IMG/VR virus record: IMGVR_UViG_3300037313_001148
Span: 26,670-90,669 of that record
Length of the DNA: 64,000 bases
From: a virus
Taxonomy: Duplodnaviria; Caudoviricetes
Reading direction: 5' to 3' (one strand)
A program made the position numbers and the translations under genes. Below, piece after piece: positions 19,046 through 28,796 of the stretch (the stretch's first letter is position 1; every line of letters starts with the position of its first letter). The notes under the pieces were generated by a model. It had not been told where the DNA came from. It ran no database searches and saw only the letters and a list, made by a program, of their open reading frames with translations.

Positions 19046-19353
19046 GCACAAATATTGTATTTGATAATCACTACAACGTGGCTGTTGCTTCGTCAGGCGG
19101 CTGGATGGATTTCACGGATTGGATTAGTTCGCTGCCTGTCCATGAATTTCCCAATCTTTGTCACTTAATCAAGTATGGATGGACCGGAAACCTCCGTTCG
19201 CTCGCGACAGAGATTGACCACGCTCTCCGCAATTATCCTCCGAGGAAGATTGGAGTACGATCGACAACTCAGGGAATTCTCCAACAGATCAAATCTCAAG
19301 AACATAAAGCTCAACTAGTAATGGTCGGAGGGGGAATTGTTCCTCCGCGTTGA
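19042..19353 (+). CDS. probable immunity protein for the nuclease domain
   Basis: Small ORF coupled (ATGA) to the toxin-like C-terminus. Confidence 0.5.
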   Translation: MSTNIVFDNHYNVAVASSGGWMDFTDWISSLPVHEFPNLCHLIKYGWTGNLRSLATEIDHALRNYPPRKIGVRSTTQGILQQIKSQEHKAQLVMVGGGIVPPR

Positions 19354-19374
19354 GAAAAATTTTTCCGATCGGCA

Positions 19375-19403
19375 TTGACATTGCAACCCTGCTAACGTTA
19401 ACT
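19375..19403 (+). promoter_or_regulatory. putative promoter for head genes
   Basis: TTGACA, 17 nt, TTAACT. Confidence 0.45.
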
Positions 19404-19483
19404 TGAAATTGTCCGTGGAAGATGCTCAATTAAAGCTAAGTCTGAATTGATCCTGAAAAAACATTTAAAAGTTCATAAATAAG

Positions 19484-20986
19484 ATGGCAACGGACACACT
19501 TCCCGCCTCTCGCGTCACACCGCCGCGCCTCGAAGATCCACGTCATTACGTGCGGGTTCCGCGCGTGCCGATCCTCGACCGCCATCTCCGTCAAATCACT
19601 AATCCGGAGACTGGAGAAACTCGGGTCACGGCTGTCGATAAAGACCAATTGCAAGTTATCTGCAATAATTCAAATAATCGTGCCAATCGAGGCGATCTCG
19701 CCCTGATTACGATCGGGCACACCGACCGCAGAAAGCCCGAGCACGAACAACCACCATTGGTCGGCTATCTCAAGGATTTCATTGTCGGCCAGCACAACGG
19801 CGAGCCGACAATTCTTGCCGATCTCTACATTAAAGCAGAAGAGAATCAGAGAGAAGTTCTGGCCAACTTCCCTCGCCGTTCGGTCGAAGTCTGGAATAAG
19901 ACGCTTCCAAATGCATATATCGATATTCTTGCACTTCTTCGACGCGCGCCCGAACGTGACCTTGGACTGGTCACTCATCACTCGAAGCCATATGATCTAG
20001 AATACTTTGAGTGTTCATGTGATAAACAGGAGAAAACCACGATGCCGTTGCCTCCCTCGCCTGATTCCGACGTTGATCCGACCGAAGGGAAGCCGGCCTC
20101 TCCTTCCGATCCTGATCCGAATCCGGATCCGGCCAACCCGCCGCAAGACAACCCGGCAGAGCCTAACGAATCGGAGCCGAGCGAAGAGGCTGTGACTCGG
20201 TTTGCGGACGCCATCGCCGATCGGATGGTGGGCCGACTAATCGAACATGATGATTTCCATCAAAAGATTGCCCAGGCGGCTGCCAAGTTTCACGCCAGCA
20301 ATCAAGAAATGATTGATGCGATCATCATGCGAATTTCTGAACTCCTAGAAACGGCGTCCGAGCAGTCCGAAGGATCGCCGCCGAAAAACGAACCGGAAAA
20401 ACTAGAAGGCGGAACGCCGATGGCTTCGCCTCCTTCTGGAACGAATACTTATGTCCCTTCGTCTGGAAATGAAGAGGTTGAAAAAATGAGCAAGGAAACA
20501 GACAATCAGATTGCTGTTCTGACCAAGCAGGTTGAGGATCAGCAGAAGCTAATCAATCAACTCCTTGATGCAAATAAGGCCCAGCAAGAGCAGTTCTCGA
20601 AGAATTCTCGTCGGATCCGGCTCGAGGGGATTCGTCGAAGCGGTGTCGATGTGGATGTGGACGGCCAGCTTGAGCTTATGGAAAAGCTCGATGACTCCAC
20701 CTTTGAGGCGTTCGCGAAGAACATCGAAACCAATTTCCCGAAGATCCCTGTCAACAACGCTCGCCTTGAGACGGCGTATTTCTCCATGATTCCGGAGAAT
20801 CCGGCGGCAGAAACATTGGACAGCGAACTGACCAAGCAGGAGTTCCTTGACGGTGCGGTGGAGAAGTTCCGCAAGGAAAACAATATCCCTATCGCCAATT
20901 CGACTGACGGTGGAACGGAACTCCTGAATCAGTATTTCGAGAAGGCCGACCGGAGCAAGTACGGCGTCAAGAAGAAGACCGCCTAA
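19484..20986 (+). CDS. prohead protease/scaffold fusion (Mu gpI-like)
   Basis: IGHT and RRSVE putative catalytic motifs; Pro/Asp linker; coiled-coil C-terminus; precedes the capsid genes. Confidence 0.8.
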   Translation: MATDTLPASRVTPPRLEDPRHYVRVPRVPILDRHLRQITNPETGETRVTAVDKDQLQVICNNSNNRANRGDLALITIGHTDRRKPEHEQPPLVGYLKDFIVGQHNGEPTILADLYIKAEENQREVLANFPRRSVEVWNKTLPNAYIDILALLRRAPERDLGLVTHHSKPYDLEYFECSCDKQEKTTMPLPPSPDSDVDPTEGKPASPSDPDPNPDPANPPQDNPAEPNESEPSEEAVTRFADAIADRMVGRLIEHDDFHQKIAQAAAKFHASNQEMIDAIIMRISELLETASEQSEGSPPKNEPEKLEGGTPMASPPSGTNTYVPSSGNEEVEKMSKETDNQIAVLTKQVEDQQKLINQLLDANKAQQEQFSKNSRRIRLEGIRRSGVDVDVDGQLELMEKLDDSTFEAFAKNIETNFPKIPVNNARLETAYFSMIPENPAAETLDSELTKQEFLDGAVEKFRKENNIPIANSTDGGTELLNQYFEKADRSKYGVKKKTA

Positions 20987-21027
20987 AATTATCAACCTAT
21001 AAACATTCTTAAAACAGGAGAAGATAA

Positions 21028-21450
21028 GTGAATTTTCTAAATGGCCTTAAGCTCGTTGCGACAACAACTATTTATCCGTCCACGTTCTGCACGATCGATT
21101 CCGCGTCCAACTTTGGCGTGAAGCCGGCGACCCTTGCCACGGATTTCCCGATCGCCGTGAGCCAGCCGGGTACAGCGCAGTTCCCTGGTGCGGCCAATGC
21201 GATCGACGGAAGCACGAGCGCTCAACCGGCTGCACAGTCAGGCCAAGAGCTTGGTCTGTTCGGCGTGGGAGACATTTGTGACATCACGGTCGGGTCGGCT
21301 GCCGTGACCGCCGGGCAACGGCTCACGAACGACGGCAACGCCAATGCGATCCCAGCCACTTCGGGTAAGTATTACGGCGCGATCGCGCTTCAGTCGGGTG
21401 CTGTCGGCGAGTTGATTCAAGTTCTCGTGATCTACAATTACAACACCTAA
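21028..21450 (+). CDS. capsid decoration/cement protein (DUF2190-like)
   Basis: AAVTAGQRLTNDGNANAI...GAIALQSGAVGELIQV; sits between scaffold and capsid; GTG start with AGGAG SD. Confidence 0.75.
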   Translation: MNFLNGLKLVATTTIYPSTFCTIDSASNFGVKPATLATDFPIAVSQPGTAQFPGAANAIDGSTSAQPAAQSGQELGLFGVGDICDITVGSAAVTAGQRLTNDGNANAIPATSGKYYGAIALQSGAVGELIQVLVIYNYNT

Positions 21451-21500
21451 TTTTTCCACCTATCGGCGGATAACTACCGCCCATGTAGGAGTATATTAGA

Positions 21501-22574
21501 ATGGCTTATCAGCCTTACGCGGGTTATCCGTCTGGAACTAACACATATGTTCCTAATTTTGCCGCTTCTCAATCGCTAGTTGTCGGCTATAGTCGCCAGC
21601 CGAACACATTTCAGCTTCCTCGCTATACTCAATATGTGATGGCGAAGAACAATACCGGATGGTATTTCGTCTGGACTTCGCGTCAAGCCGCGAGAATCCT
21701 TACGTCGGACGACCGAGAGCATGTCTGGTCTGACGGGGACGCCGCGCCGACCGGGATCAACAACGTGGATTCCGGACAGTGGTATTTGTTCGGAACCACA
21801 CGGCGAGCTTATCCGTTTATGCTTGGCCAGATGGCTGTTGAGCAGGCGGAATACCCCCTGATCGCGGCCGTCGCGGGTGATGCGGCTCAACAGTGCATGA
21901 CCGCGCGAACGTTGCTCACCTACAATGCTCTTTCAGGCGCGTCGTGGGGGAGTAATACTGCCGCCGTCAACGGCACGATCCTTGGCGCCGGCCAGGGCTG
22001 GAACACGGGACAGGACGGCCTCGGAACCAATCCCGGACCCAATATCAAGAAATCATTCCAGTATGCCGATAAGATTATCAATCTTCAGACTATCGGCGTT
22101 GTTCAGCCTCGCGACACAACTGTCGTGGTTAATCCCACCACGGCTATGGCGATGGCGGCGTCCGGGGAAATCCAGGATTATATCAAGCAGTCTCCATTTG
22201 CTCTTGCCCAGCTTCGGGGTGACGTGCCGAACCAGAACGGCAGATGGAACCTGCCGGATACACTCTACGGCCACCCGATCGCCGTTGAAGACGCGGTGCG
22301 AGTATCAACGAACAAGGGTGCGTCCTCCACGACGATTGGATACGTCGTTCCTGACGGCGAAGCCTACATGCTGGCCCGCCAAGGCGAGCTTGAAGGTCTC
22401 CAGGGAACTCGGTCGTATTCAACTGTTCAAATCTTCTTCTATCAAGATGAAATGACAGTTGAAACGATGTACGACGCGAACAATCGTCGGTATTCGGGCC
22501 GGGTCGTTTCCAACTTCTCGCCGGTCGTTGTCTCGACGATTAGCGGGTTCAAGTTCACGAGTTGCCTGGTCTGA
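21501..22574 (+). CDS. major capsid protein
   Basis: 357 aa, canonical position, AGGAG SD, followed by a hairpin. Confidence 0.8.
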   Translation: MAYQPYAGYPSGTNTYVPNFAASQSLVVGYSRQPNTFQLPRYTQYVMAKNNTGWYFVWTSRQAARILTSDDREHVWSDGDAAPTGINNVDSGQWYLFGTTRRAYPFMLGQMAVEQAEYPLIAAVAGDAAQQCMTARTLLTYNALSGASWGSNTAAVNGTILGAGQGWNTGQDGLGTNPGPNIKKSFQYADKIINLQTIGVVQPRDTTVVVNPTTAMAMAASGEIQDYIKQSPFALAQLRGDVPNQNGRWNLPDTLYGHPIAVEDAVRVSTNKGASSTTIGYVVPDGEAYMLARQGELEGLQGTRSYSTVQIFFYQDEMTVETMYDANNRRYSGRVVSNFSPVVVSTISGFKFTSCLV

Positions 22575-22603
22575 TAGCGGGTTCGCCGTCGTTCCGTTCG
22601 CCG

Positions 22604-22654
22604 CCGACACTCCTCCTTCTCCGTAGTCCATCGTGGCCGGCGCAAGCCGGCCAC
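22604..22654 (+). repeat. hairpin element copy 5 (GCAA tetraloop variant; may also act as terminator)
   Basis: ccgacactcctccttctccgtagtccatc followed by gtggccggc-GCAA-gccggccac; intergenic after the capsid gene. Confidence 0.8.
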
Positions 22655-22676
22655 CTGTTTATGAAGGGCTAGACAT

Positions 22677-23219
22677 ATGACACAGACTCCAAATTCAAGT
22701 CTGACTCCATATGTCACGGTCAATGATGTCATTGACCGAAAGGACGTTCGTACTCTCGGGCAACTAGCAACGGACAACGGAACCCAGCTTACCTCTGCCC
22801 AACTTCAAACCAATCCTCGGATGCTGGCGGCGATCAATGATGCTTCTGGATATGTAGAATCATATCTGGTCGCATCAGAGCGATACCTTCCTGATGATCT
22901 CCAGGCGATCATCTCTCAAGGTGGAATGTCTGGCGATTTCCTCAAACGGATCATTTCAAATATTGCTTTCTATTTCATGTTTGGTGGGCGTGACGCTCCG
23001 AATCCGCCTGAGACAGTGACTACCGACTATAACATGGCGATGAAGGATCTGGAGTCGCTTGGAAACGGCTCTTTGGTCCTGTCCTTTCAGCAGGCAGAAG
23101 CGGCCGGAGTTGCGTCAAACTTCAACATGACTCAATCTCAGATTCTCGCGCTGAATCAGTTCACCGACCGATGCCAGCGCGTGATGGGAATCCGCAATTA
23201 TCTGAGACGAGGATTTTGA
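22677..23219 (+). CDS. head-tail adaptor (Mu gp36/DUF1320-like)
   Basis: YVTVNDVI...AINDASGYVESYL...RY...YNMAMKDLESLGNG. Confidence 0.8.
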   Translation: MTQTPNSSLTPYVTVNDVIDRKDVRTLGQLATDNGTQLTSAQLQTNPRMLAAINDASGYVESYLVASERYLPDDLQAIISQGGMSGDFLKRIISNIAFYFMFGGRDAPNPPETVTTDYNMAMKDLESLGNGSLVLSFQQAEAAGVASNFNMTQSQILALNQFTDRCQRVMGIRNYLRRGF

Positions 23220-23878
23220 ATAAACTCATTGAATGGAGTAGAATGTTCTCCAAACAGTTCTTTTGCTTTTTCATTATAAGCTTTTGCTGCATCTTCTTCA
23301 TTGCCAAATGAACCAATATGAATTCTTTTGTCTTTGTATTTTATAGCAGCTACCCATTTCCTTTGTCTTTTATGAAAGCAAACGCCAATATATTTGCTAG
23401 TTTTCTTGATATGTTTTCTTCTGTATGTATTATTTTGTCTTGTAGTGCAAATTTCAAGATTGGCGAGAGTGTTGTCAAGAGTGTCAAAGTTTTTATGATT
23501 AACAACTTCTCCGGATTTTGCGTTGACAATTACTCTGCTCATATTTATACTTGTATTTTTATAGTGCCTATGAGCGTAGTAGCTCCTGGTTCCTTTGGAC
23601 CACCTGGCGCTCCAACATTTATCTCGAAGCTCAGGAATAGCATCCCAAGATTCTCGGCTGACTTTCGCCCATTGGCCAAGAGACAGAGGAATCAGAACGG
23701 TATCACCTTCAAAGATAGGGTCGGTAGGAGTTCCAGATTTCAGCCTTTTTCTCCTTCCTTTATCCGAGCATGAACGAGAACAAAAAACGACCCCTCCGTT
23801 TTTTTTGAATTCGTACATGGACAGATTGGAACGATTCTTAATTTCTTCTTTACAGAAATTACAGAAGAAAACGCTCAT
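23198..23878 (-). mobile_element. free-standing HNH-AP2 homing endonuclease
   Basis: VVNHKNFDTLDNTLANL (HNH) plus SKYIGVCFHKRQRKWVAAI...HIGSFGNEEDAAKAYN (AP2); antisense and AT-rich insertion. Confidence 0.9.
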
Positions 23879-23986
23879 TGACGCAGTGTCCTGTTTTCGA
23901 GGAAACGACTAAACCAAGACCAAGTTTACCTTGTACTGAGAAAATTTTCAATAGCCCTGAAGCTTTAATGAAAGGATGGACATAAA

Positions 23987-24547
23987 ATGTCACAAGGATA
24001 TGTTCCTGGACCCTGCGCAATCTTTACGGGAACAGGAACTTCGGCAGCCTGGGAATTCCTGGGATGGTCCGAGGACGGTGTTCAACTTCAGATCATTGCC
24101 ACATACGAAGATATTGTCAGTGATTTTGGTGGTCCTAGCGTACCTGTTGACGCTCAGTTCATGGGCGAGCAAGCTTACGCTTCGATGACTCTCAACAAGT
24201 ACAATCAAACAGTTCTTGATAAGATCGCTAAACGTCGTGTCGGCGCGGGGGTCACGGCTGGAGCAGTCGAAGCGAACGGCCTCGGATCACTAATGATCGC
24301 ACAGGGATATTATTTCCCTATGCTATATCTGAATCCGTACCGTGCCCTCACATTCCAAAACACGACAGTCACCCCCTGTTATCAGTTTGGCGTGTCGTGG
24401 CTCCATGACGACTATACGGTGCCTCAGAGCGTTCGCTTGAAGAGGCCCCGTATCGTGATCCGCCACATTCCTCTCTGGAATTCCATCAACCTGACCGCCA
24501 CGCTCTACTCTAACACCGTTCCTTCTCCTGTTCCCAGTACGGACTAA
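23987..24547 (+). CDS. tail tube (major tail) protein
   Basis: FLGWSEDGVQL...; position before the chaperone and tape measure. Confidence 0.7.
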   Translation: MSQGYVPGPCAIFTGTGTSAAWEFLGWSEDGVQLQIIATYEDIVSDFGGPSVPVDAQFMGEQAYASMTLNKYNQTVLDKIAKRRVGAGVTAGAVEANGLGSLMIAQGYYFPMLYLNPYRALTFQNTTVTPCYQFGVSWLHDDYTVPQSVRLKRPRIVIRHIPLWNSINLTATLYSNTVPSPVPSTD

Positions 24548-24548
24548 C

Positions 24549-25064
24549 ATGAGCACGCGAAAGATTTTTAAGTATTTCAATGGCGAAAAAGAAGTTTTCG
24601 CCGATCCGATGGTGATTGAACGACGATTCCAGAAGGCGTGCGAATCTGTTGATATCAACACCATTATCGGTATGGTTGCTGGCCCCGAATGGCTTGGACA
24701 GATTGCCAGGACAGACGAAGAAGGCAAGTCCTACGATTCGGCTGGAAACTTCCTCCCGGAAGTGACTGCTGCCAGCGTCAAGATTGCCATCGATCGCCAG
24801 AACGAGGGGATTGAAGAACTCCTCCCTGTCCTTTACGAAACGTTCGGACTCAAACCTCTCCAGGGAGACGGCACCGGAACTACAACCGAAGAGATCTTGG
24901 ACGCATACTCATCTTACAATGAGTTCGTTGCTTCGTTAAAAAAAAATACCGAGAACGAGCCGAGCTTGCCGCCATCTTCGGGCACCGGCCCCGCTCCTAC
25001 CGAGAATGGCTCGGCTTCTGGTACAATCGAGAGCGCGCCGTTGCCGTCAATGCCGTCAGTGTGA
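24549..25064 (+). CDS. tail assembly chaperone G
   Basis: Between tail tube and tape measure; contains the slippery site TTA AAA AAA AAT. Confidence 0.75.
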   Translation: MSTRKIFKYFNGEKEVFADPMVIERRFQKACESVDINTIIGMVAGPEWLGQIARTDEEGKSYDSAGNFLPEVTAASVKIAIDRQNEGIEELLPVLYETFGLKPLQGDGTGTTTEEILDAYSSYNEFVASLKKNTENEPSLPPSSGTGPAPTENGSASGTIESAPLPSMPSV

Positions 25065-25219
25065 TGAAAGGCATCCAAGCGGCCTTCGTCAAACCAGACA
25101 AGGCAATGTTCGACGCGATGGCTCCGAACAAGGAATGGGCGCAAGTTCTCGAGCAGGCTCACGACGTAGCCGCCGCCGAACAGGAGTCGATTGCGACCGG
25201 ACATGGTAAACGGTACTAA
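24938..25219 (+). CDS. -1 frameshift extension (GT product) of the tail chaperone
   Basis: A AAA AAA at 24938-24944; the -1 frame stays open for 91 codons (KYRERAELAAIFG...GKRY) to TAA 25217-25219. Confidence 0.75.
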   Translation, partial: KKKYRERAELAAIFGHRPRSYREWLGFWYNRERAVAVNAVSVMKGIQAAFVKPDKAMFDAMAPNKEWAQVLEQAHDVAAAEQESIATGHGKRY

Positions 25220-26993
25220 CCAGAACGAAAACGCGCTCCTCCAGGCCATCGAGCGACTTCGCCAGTCGATCGCTGGCCTGGCGGGCAATTTCCTTGGCGG
25301 AATTGGGGGAACCCAGTCTCAGTCTGGTACTCAGCAATTCTCTGTAACCCAGACAATCACTAAAGCATTCTCTGATGCATTAAAAAAAGCATTTTCTCAA
25401 CTCTCATCTCAAAACCAAAATCAGCAACAAACATATCAAAACAACAACTACTCTCCAGGATTTTTCAGCCGGCTTTTTGGGAAGAATTCCGGCAGCCCAT
25501 CCGGAACCCCCTTTGCTCCTGGACAGAATTCCAATCAGTCAACTCTCCCGTCTCTGAGATCCCAGGCAGGGTCAATCACGGGAAATATTTTCGGAAAACT
25601 ATCCTCACATATCATTGAGTCTCTTCCTGCCTTCGGAAAGCTCCGCAACGAAGTCTTATCTACCACGGAGTTTTTCCGCAAATTCCGTCAATCCAAGGCA
25701 ACAGCGGCTCAACTTGCAACAACGTCGCCACTTGGAGAAGTCGGCCTCCAGAAACTCCGCGAGTTCGCCAAGAATCCCTTTCTTCGGCCATCTCAGCGTC
25801 ATCAGATTGAGACTCAGGTTGATCTCGCCACCTTTCAGGCTCGTCAGGCAGCCAAGCTCCAAAAAATTGCCGTGCGTGCCCAGGCCGACACGGCTCAGGC
25901 CGGCGAAGAATACCGCGAATCTCTTACCGCAGAATCAACAGCTTCAAATATTCTGAAAAGAAGGCAGGTTCAACAGGCCCGCGCATTCAGGGCCAGAGAT
26001 TCTATTTATCAACAGTATCGCCATATGTTAAATCAGCATATGGGATATACGGCCGGAACCTCCCCTTACGGTCCTCATCTTGCGGCTCTCAGGGCGCGTC
26101 ACAGGCAAGCCAGTCGGGTAGCCAATCGGACGGCAACGCAGTACCGGAAGGCAGCTCAAACATTCCGTGCGGCTCAAGCGAACGTTGCGACCAGATACCA
26201 GAACTTTCGATCCGTTGCGAATCGCGGAGCAGCCGCGAAGGTTGCGGCTCGAGGGGCAGCCCAGGCCGCACGCAGCACAGCACAAACTGCCCAGTCCACC
26301 GCCGCAGCAGCAGCCGGATCGGTTGCCGTGCGTGCCCTTGGTGCCGCCGCCGGATCGGCTGTTGCTGGTCTCTCACTGATGGTTTCTTCTATTTCGGCTG
26401 CCCGGTCTTCTCTCCTGTCTTTCGCGGAATCGACCAACGAAAATAATCGAGAATTCCAGGCATATTCAGGTAAACTTTCTCAGGCATTTGCACGTCTTGA
26501 ATTTGGTAACATTCGTCGGAACTTCGCTATTGCCGGTGGGACAGAAAATACGTCAACCGCCCTGGTTGATGCAATTAATCGAATGAGAGATAATCAAGTT
26601 GAATTAAATATAAGTATCAGGAATATTGCTAATACATCTGCAATTTTAACAGCAGGCGCTGTCGGAGGATTCGATAAGTCTCTCGGGAAGCTGACAAGTC
26701 AGATTAACCGGATCATTCAAGGCTCTGGGATTGGCGGCGCAGGTGGCGTGATCGAATCGCTTACCGAAAAATTTACTGACCAATTATTGTTACCACTTCA
26801 GGCTCTCGTTGACTTGGTTGCCTGGTTCTTTCCGGCAGTCAAAGGCGATCCCGGAAAGATGCTTCCTGCTGATGCCCTTGCAAACCAATGGGCCAAAAAT
26901 GCGGCTGACCGTGGCGCCGGGATTCGTGATCCTCGCGGCCCTCTGCCTGGTTTTGGAGAGATCGGAAAGGGACCGCGAAGGCACGGACCTTGA
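25203..26993 (+). CDS. tape measure protein
   Basis: Ala/Gln/Arg-rich helical protein of ~597 aa directly after G/GT. Confidence 0.8.
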   Translation: MVNGTNQNENALLQAIERLRQSIAGLAGNFLGGIGGTQSQSGTQQFSVTQTITKAFSDALKKAFSQLSSQNQNQQQTYQNNNYSPGFFSRLFGKNSGSPSGTPFAPGQNSNQSTLPSLRSQAGSITGNIFGKLSSHIIESLPAFGKLRNEVLSTTEFFRKFRQSKATAAQLATTSPLGEVGLQKLREFAKNPFLRPSQRHQIETQVDLATFQARQAAKLQKIAVRAQADTAQAGEEYRESLTAESTASNILKRRQVQQARAFRARDSIYQQYRHMLNQHMGYTAGTSPYGPHLAALRARHRQASRVANRTATQYRKAAQTFRAAQANVATRYQNFRSVANRGAAAKVAARGAAQAARSTAQTAQSTAAAAAGSVAVRALGAAAGSAVAGLSLMVSSISAARSSLLSFAESTNENNREFQAYSGKLSQAFARLEFGNIRRNFAIAGGTENTSTALVDAINRMRDNQVELNISIRNIANTSAILTAGAVGGFDKSLGKLTSQINRIIQGSGIGGAGGVIESLTEKFTDQLLLPLQALVDLVAWFFPAVKGDPGKMLPADALANQWAKNAADRGAGIRDPRGPLPGFGEIGKGPRRHGP

Positions 26994-27020
26994 TCGAAAT
27001 ATTTGTTTTGGGATAACCAT

Positions 27021-28793
27021 ATGAGAGGCGCATATTTAATCTATAACGGAATCAAGATCGCTCTTACCAAGACCAATCAAATTTCCGTTGAGCCTCAGTA
27101 CACTCCTGACGGCGTGGATTATCTGTGGTCTAAGGTAACAATTAATGTAGATGGGATTATTAATCCTTTAGAGATGGCTTATGCCGGTTCCCCTCCCGTA
27201 GAATCTCCGGGATCGTTGCCGTCTACTACATTTGTTGCTGTTCGCGGCTCTCTTATGGCACCCAAAGGGAATCTTACGTTTGATTCATGGAATCAAAATG
27301 TACTTACTTCTCCTTTACCAAACACTCCTGTAGATGCAAATAACGGTCCAGTTCCCCAGTCTTGCACGATCACTCGTCTCGCCGGAGATCAGACCTGGCA
27401 TGTCAATTACGTAATCACTACTTATATTTATGAATGTTTAGAATCGGCTCCGGTCCTGATTTCTAACCGATTTTCTCAGTCTCAGGATATCGATTGGCAA
27501 CAGAAAACCGTGCTTACAACAACCGGAGTTGCTTACTTCCGGATCGATCTTCTCGCCCAACAAAAAGCCGTTGCTGATTCGTTTCGGGATTCAGTGCTTC
27601 CTCCTGTCCCTTTTGGATATCACAGAAAACGTGTTCGGGTCGGTGTCAATACTGAAGGAAATGCGCTTCAATATGAAGCTATAGACGAAGAAGTTCTCCT
27701 TAATCTAGGCGACACCAGCGAAACAGGCTCGGGAAGCTATATCGTAAAAATTGATGGAACATTCAATGTATCAACCGTAAAGGCTCCAAAATCTGATTTT
27801 CCAGGGGGATGGACCGCCCAAACAATGAACGTCAAGCTCTGGGGTTCCCTTCGTGCCTCGAATTGGGTTCTTACTCAGCTTGCCTTCCAAGTTCTTCAGT
27901 CCAAGCTCACTTTCGGTAATCCAAATGTTGCAAATATTATGCATATGAGCATTACTCAGGGAATCGCCGATCGATATGTTGATGTGACCGTCGTTCAACG
28001 AGTCTACCAAACCAACGGCACTGACGAGATGGGAACCATCAACACAAACGGACTTAAACAAGATAATATTCTTGGATCAGATTTTGGCGGAAGAAATCCA
28101 GGCCCTCCGCGAGATCAGGGAACACGGGGATATAACGCCCTTCTCCTTCTTTCATCATCTATCAAGTCGTCAATCTGTGACAACTTTCCTGATCCCGGTT
28201 GCGTTAAGGAGGGTGGAGCAGTCTACCCTGTTCCTTATTGCGGTCCCCCGCCTGTCGTTCAAGTTTTCCCGGCGAACATTCTTCCTTCGTCATCCAACCG
28301 ATATTCAAGCAAAAGCAACGAAGGAATGTACACTCAGGTTAAAATTGACTCATACATCGAAACTCACCACGGAAACTATCAAGCCCCTCTAGCGGACCAG
28401 GGCGATTCCAACGAAACATGCTCAATCGTATCACTTCATCAGCCCTACACTCGCCGTGTGGTCGAATGGGAAGCGGAACGAATCGGCAGTGTTCCCAAGA
28501 TCCCCTCATTTGTTTCCAGCGATCCAAATCAAGTGTTGATGGAATCATTAATCAATCCTGCCGAACTTCTCATCATCGAAGATGGTCAAACGCCCACATT
28601 TAAAGTTACGGGAAGATATCTGTATGCAATGAGAACTGCAATGCCTGACCTTGAACAGATTGCCTTTGACGTTCCTCAATGGATTAATTATCCTTATGGG
28701 GGCACCGGAGCGACCCTGACGCTCCCCTCATCTGGTAGCAGTGACGGCGGCAGCTTTACCCACGGAATCATCGATCCGGGGAATCAAAGTTAA
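27021..28793 (+). CDS. tail tip/distal tail protein
   Basis: Beta-rich, ~590 aa, follows the tape measure. Confidence 0.6.
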   Translation: MRGAYLIYNGIKIALTKTNQISVEPQYTPDGVDYLWSKVTINVDGIINPLEMAYAGSPPVESPGSLPSTTFVAVRGSLMAPKGNLTFDSWNQNVLTSPLPNTPVDANNGPVPQSCTITRLAGDQTWHVNYVITTYIYECLESAPVLISNRFSQSQDIDWQQKTVLTTTGVAYFRIDLLAQQKAVADSFRDSVLPPVPFGYHRKRVRVGVNTEGNALQYEAIDEEVLLNLGDTSETGSGSYIVKIDGTFNVSTVKAPKSDFPGGWTAQTMNVKLWGSLRASNWVLTQLAFQVLQSKLTFGNPNVANIMHMSITQGIADRYVDVTVVQRVYQTNGTDEMGTINTNGLKQDNILGSDFGGRNPGPPRDQGTRGYNALLLLSSSIKSSICDNFPDPGCVKEGGAVYPVPYCGPPPVVQVFPANILPSSSNRYSSKSNEGMYTQVKIDSYIETHHGNYQAPLADQGDSNETCSIVSLHQPYTRRVVEWEAERIGSVPKIPSFVSSDPNQVLMESLINPAELLIIEDGQTPTFKVTGRYLYAMRTAMPDLEQIAFDVPQWINYPYGGTGATLTLPSSGSSDGGSFTHGIIDPGNQS

Positions 28794-28796
28794 ATT

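Noticed and set aside
24511-24545. aacaccgttccttctcctgttccc resembles the element tract
   Set aside because: No following hairpin and the GTCGT anchor is missing; explained by the coding sequence TVPSPVPS
28271-28300. aacattcttccttcgtcatcc, a partial element-like tract
   Set aside because: No hairpin at the expected distance
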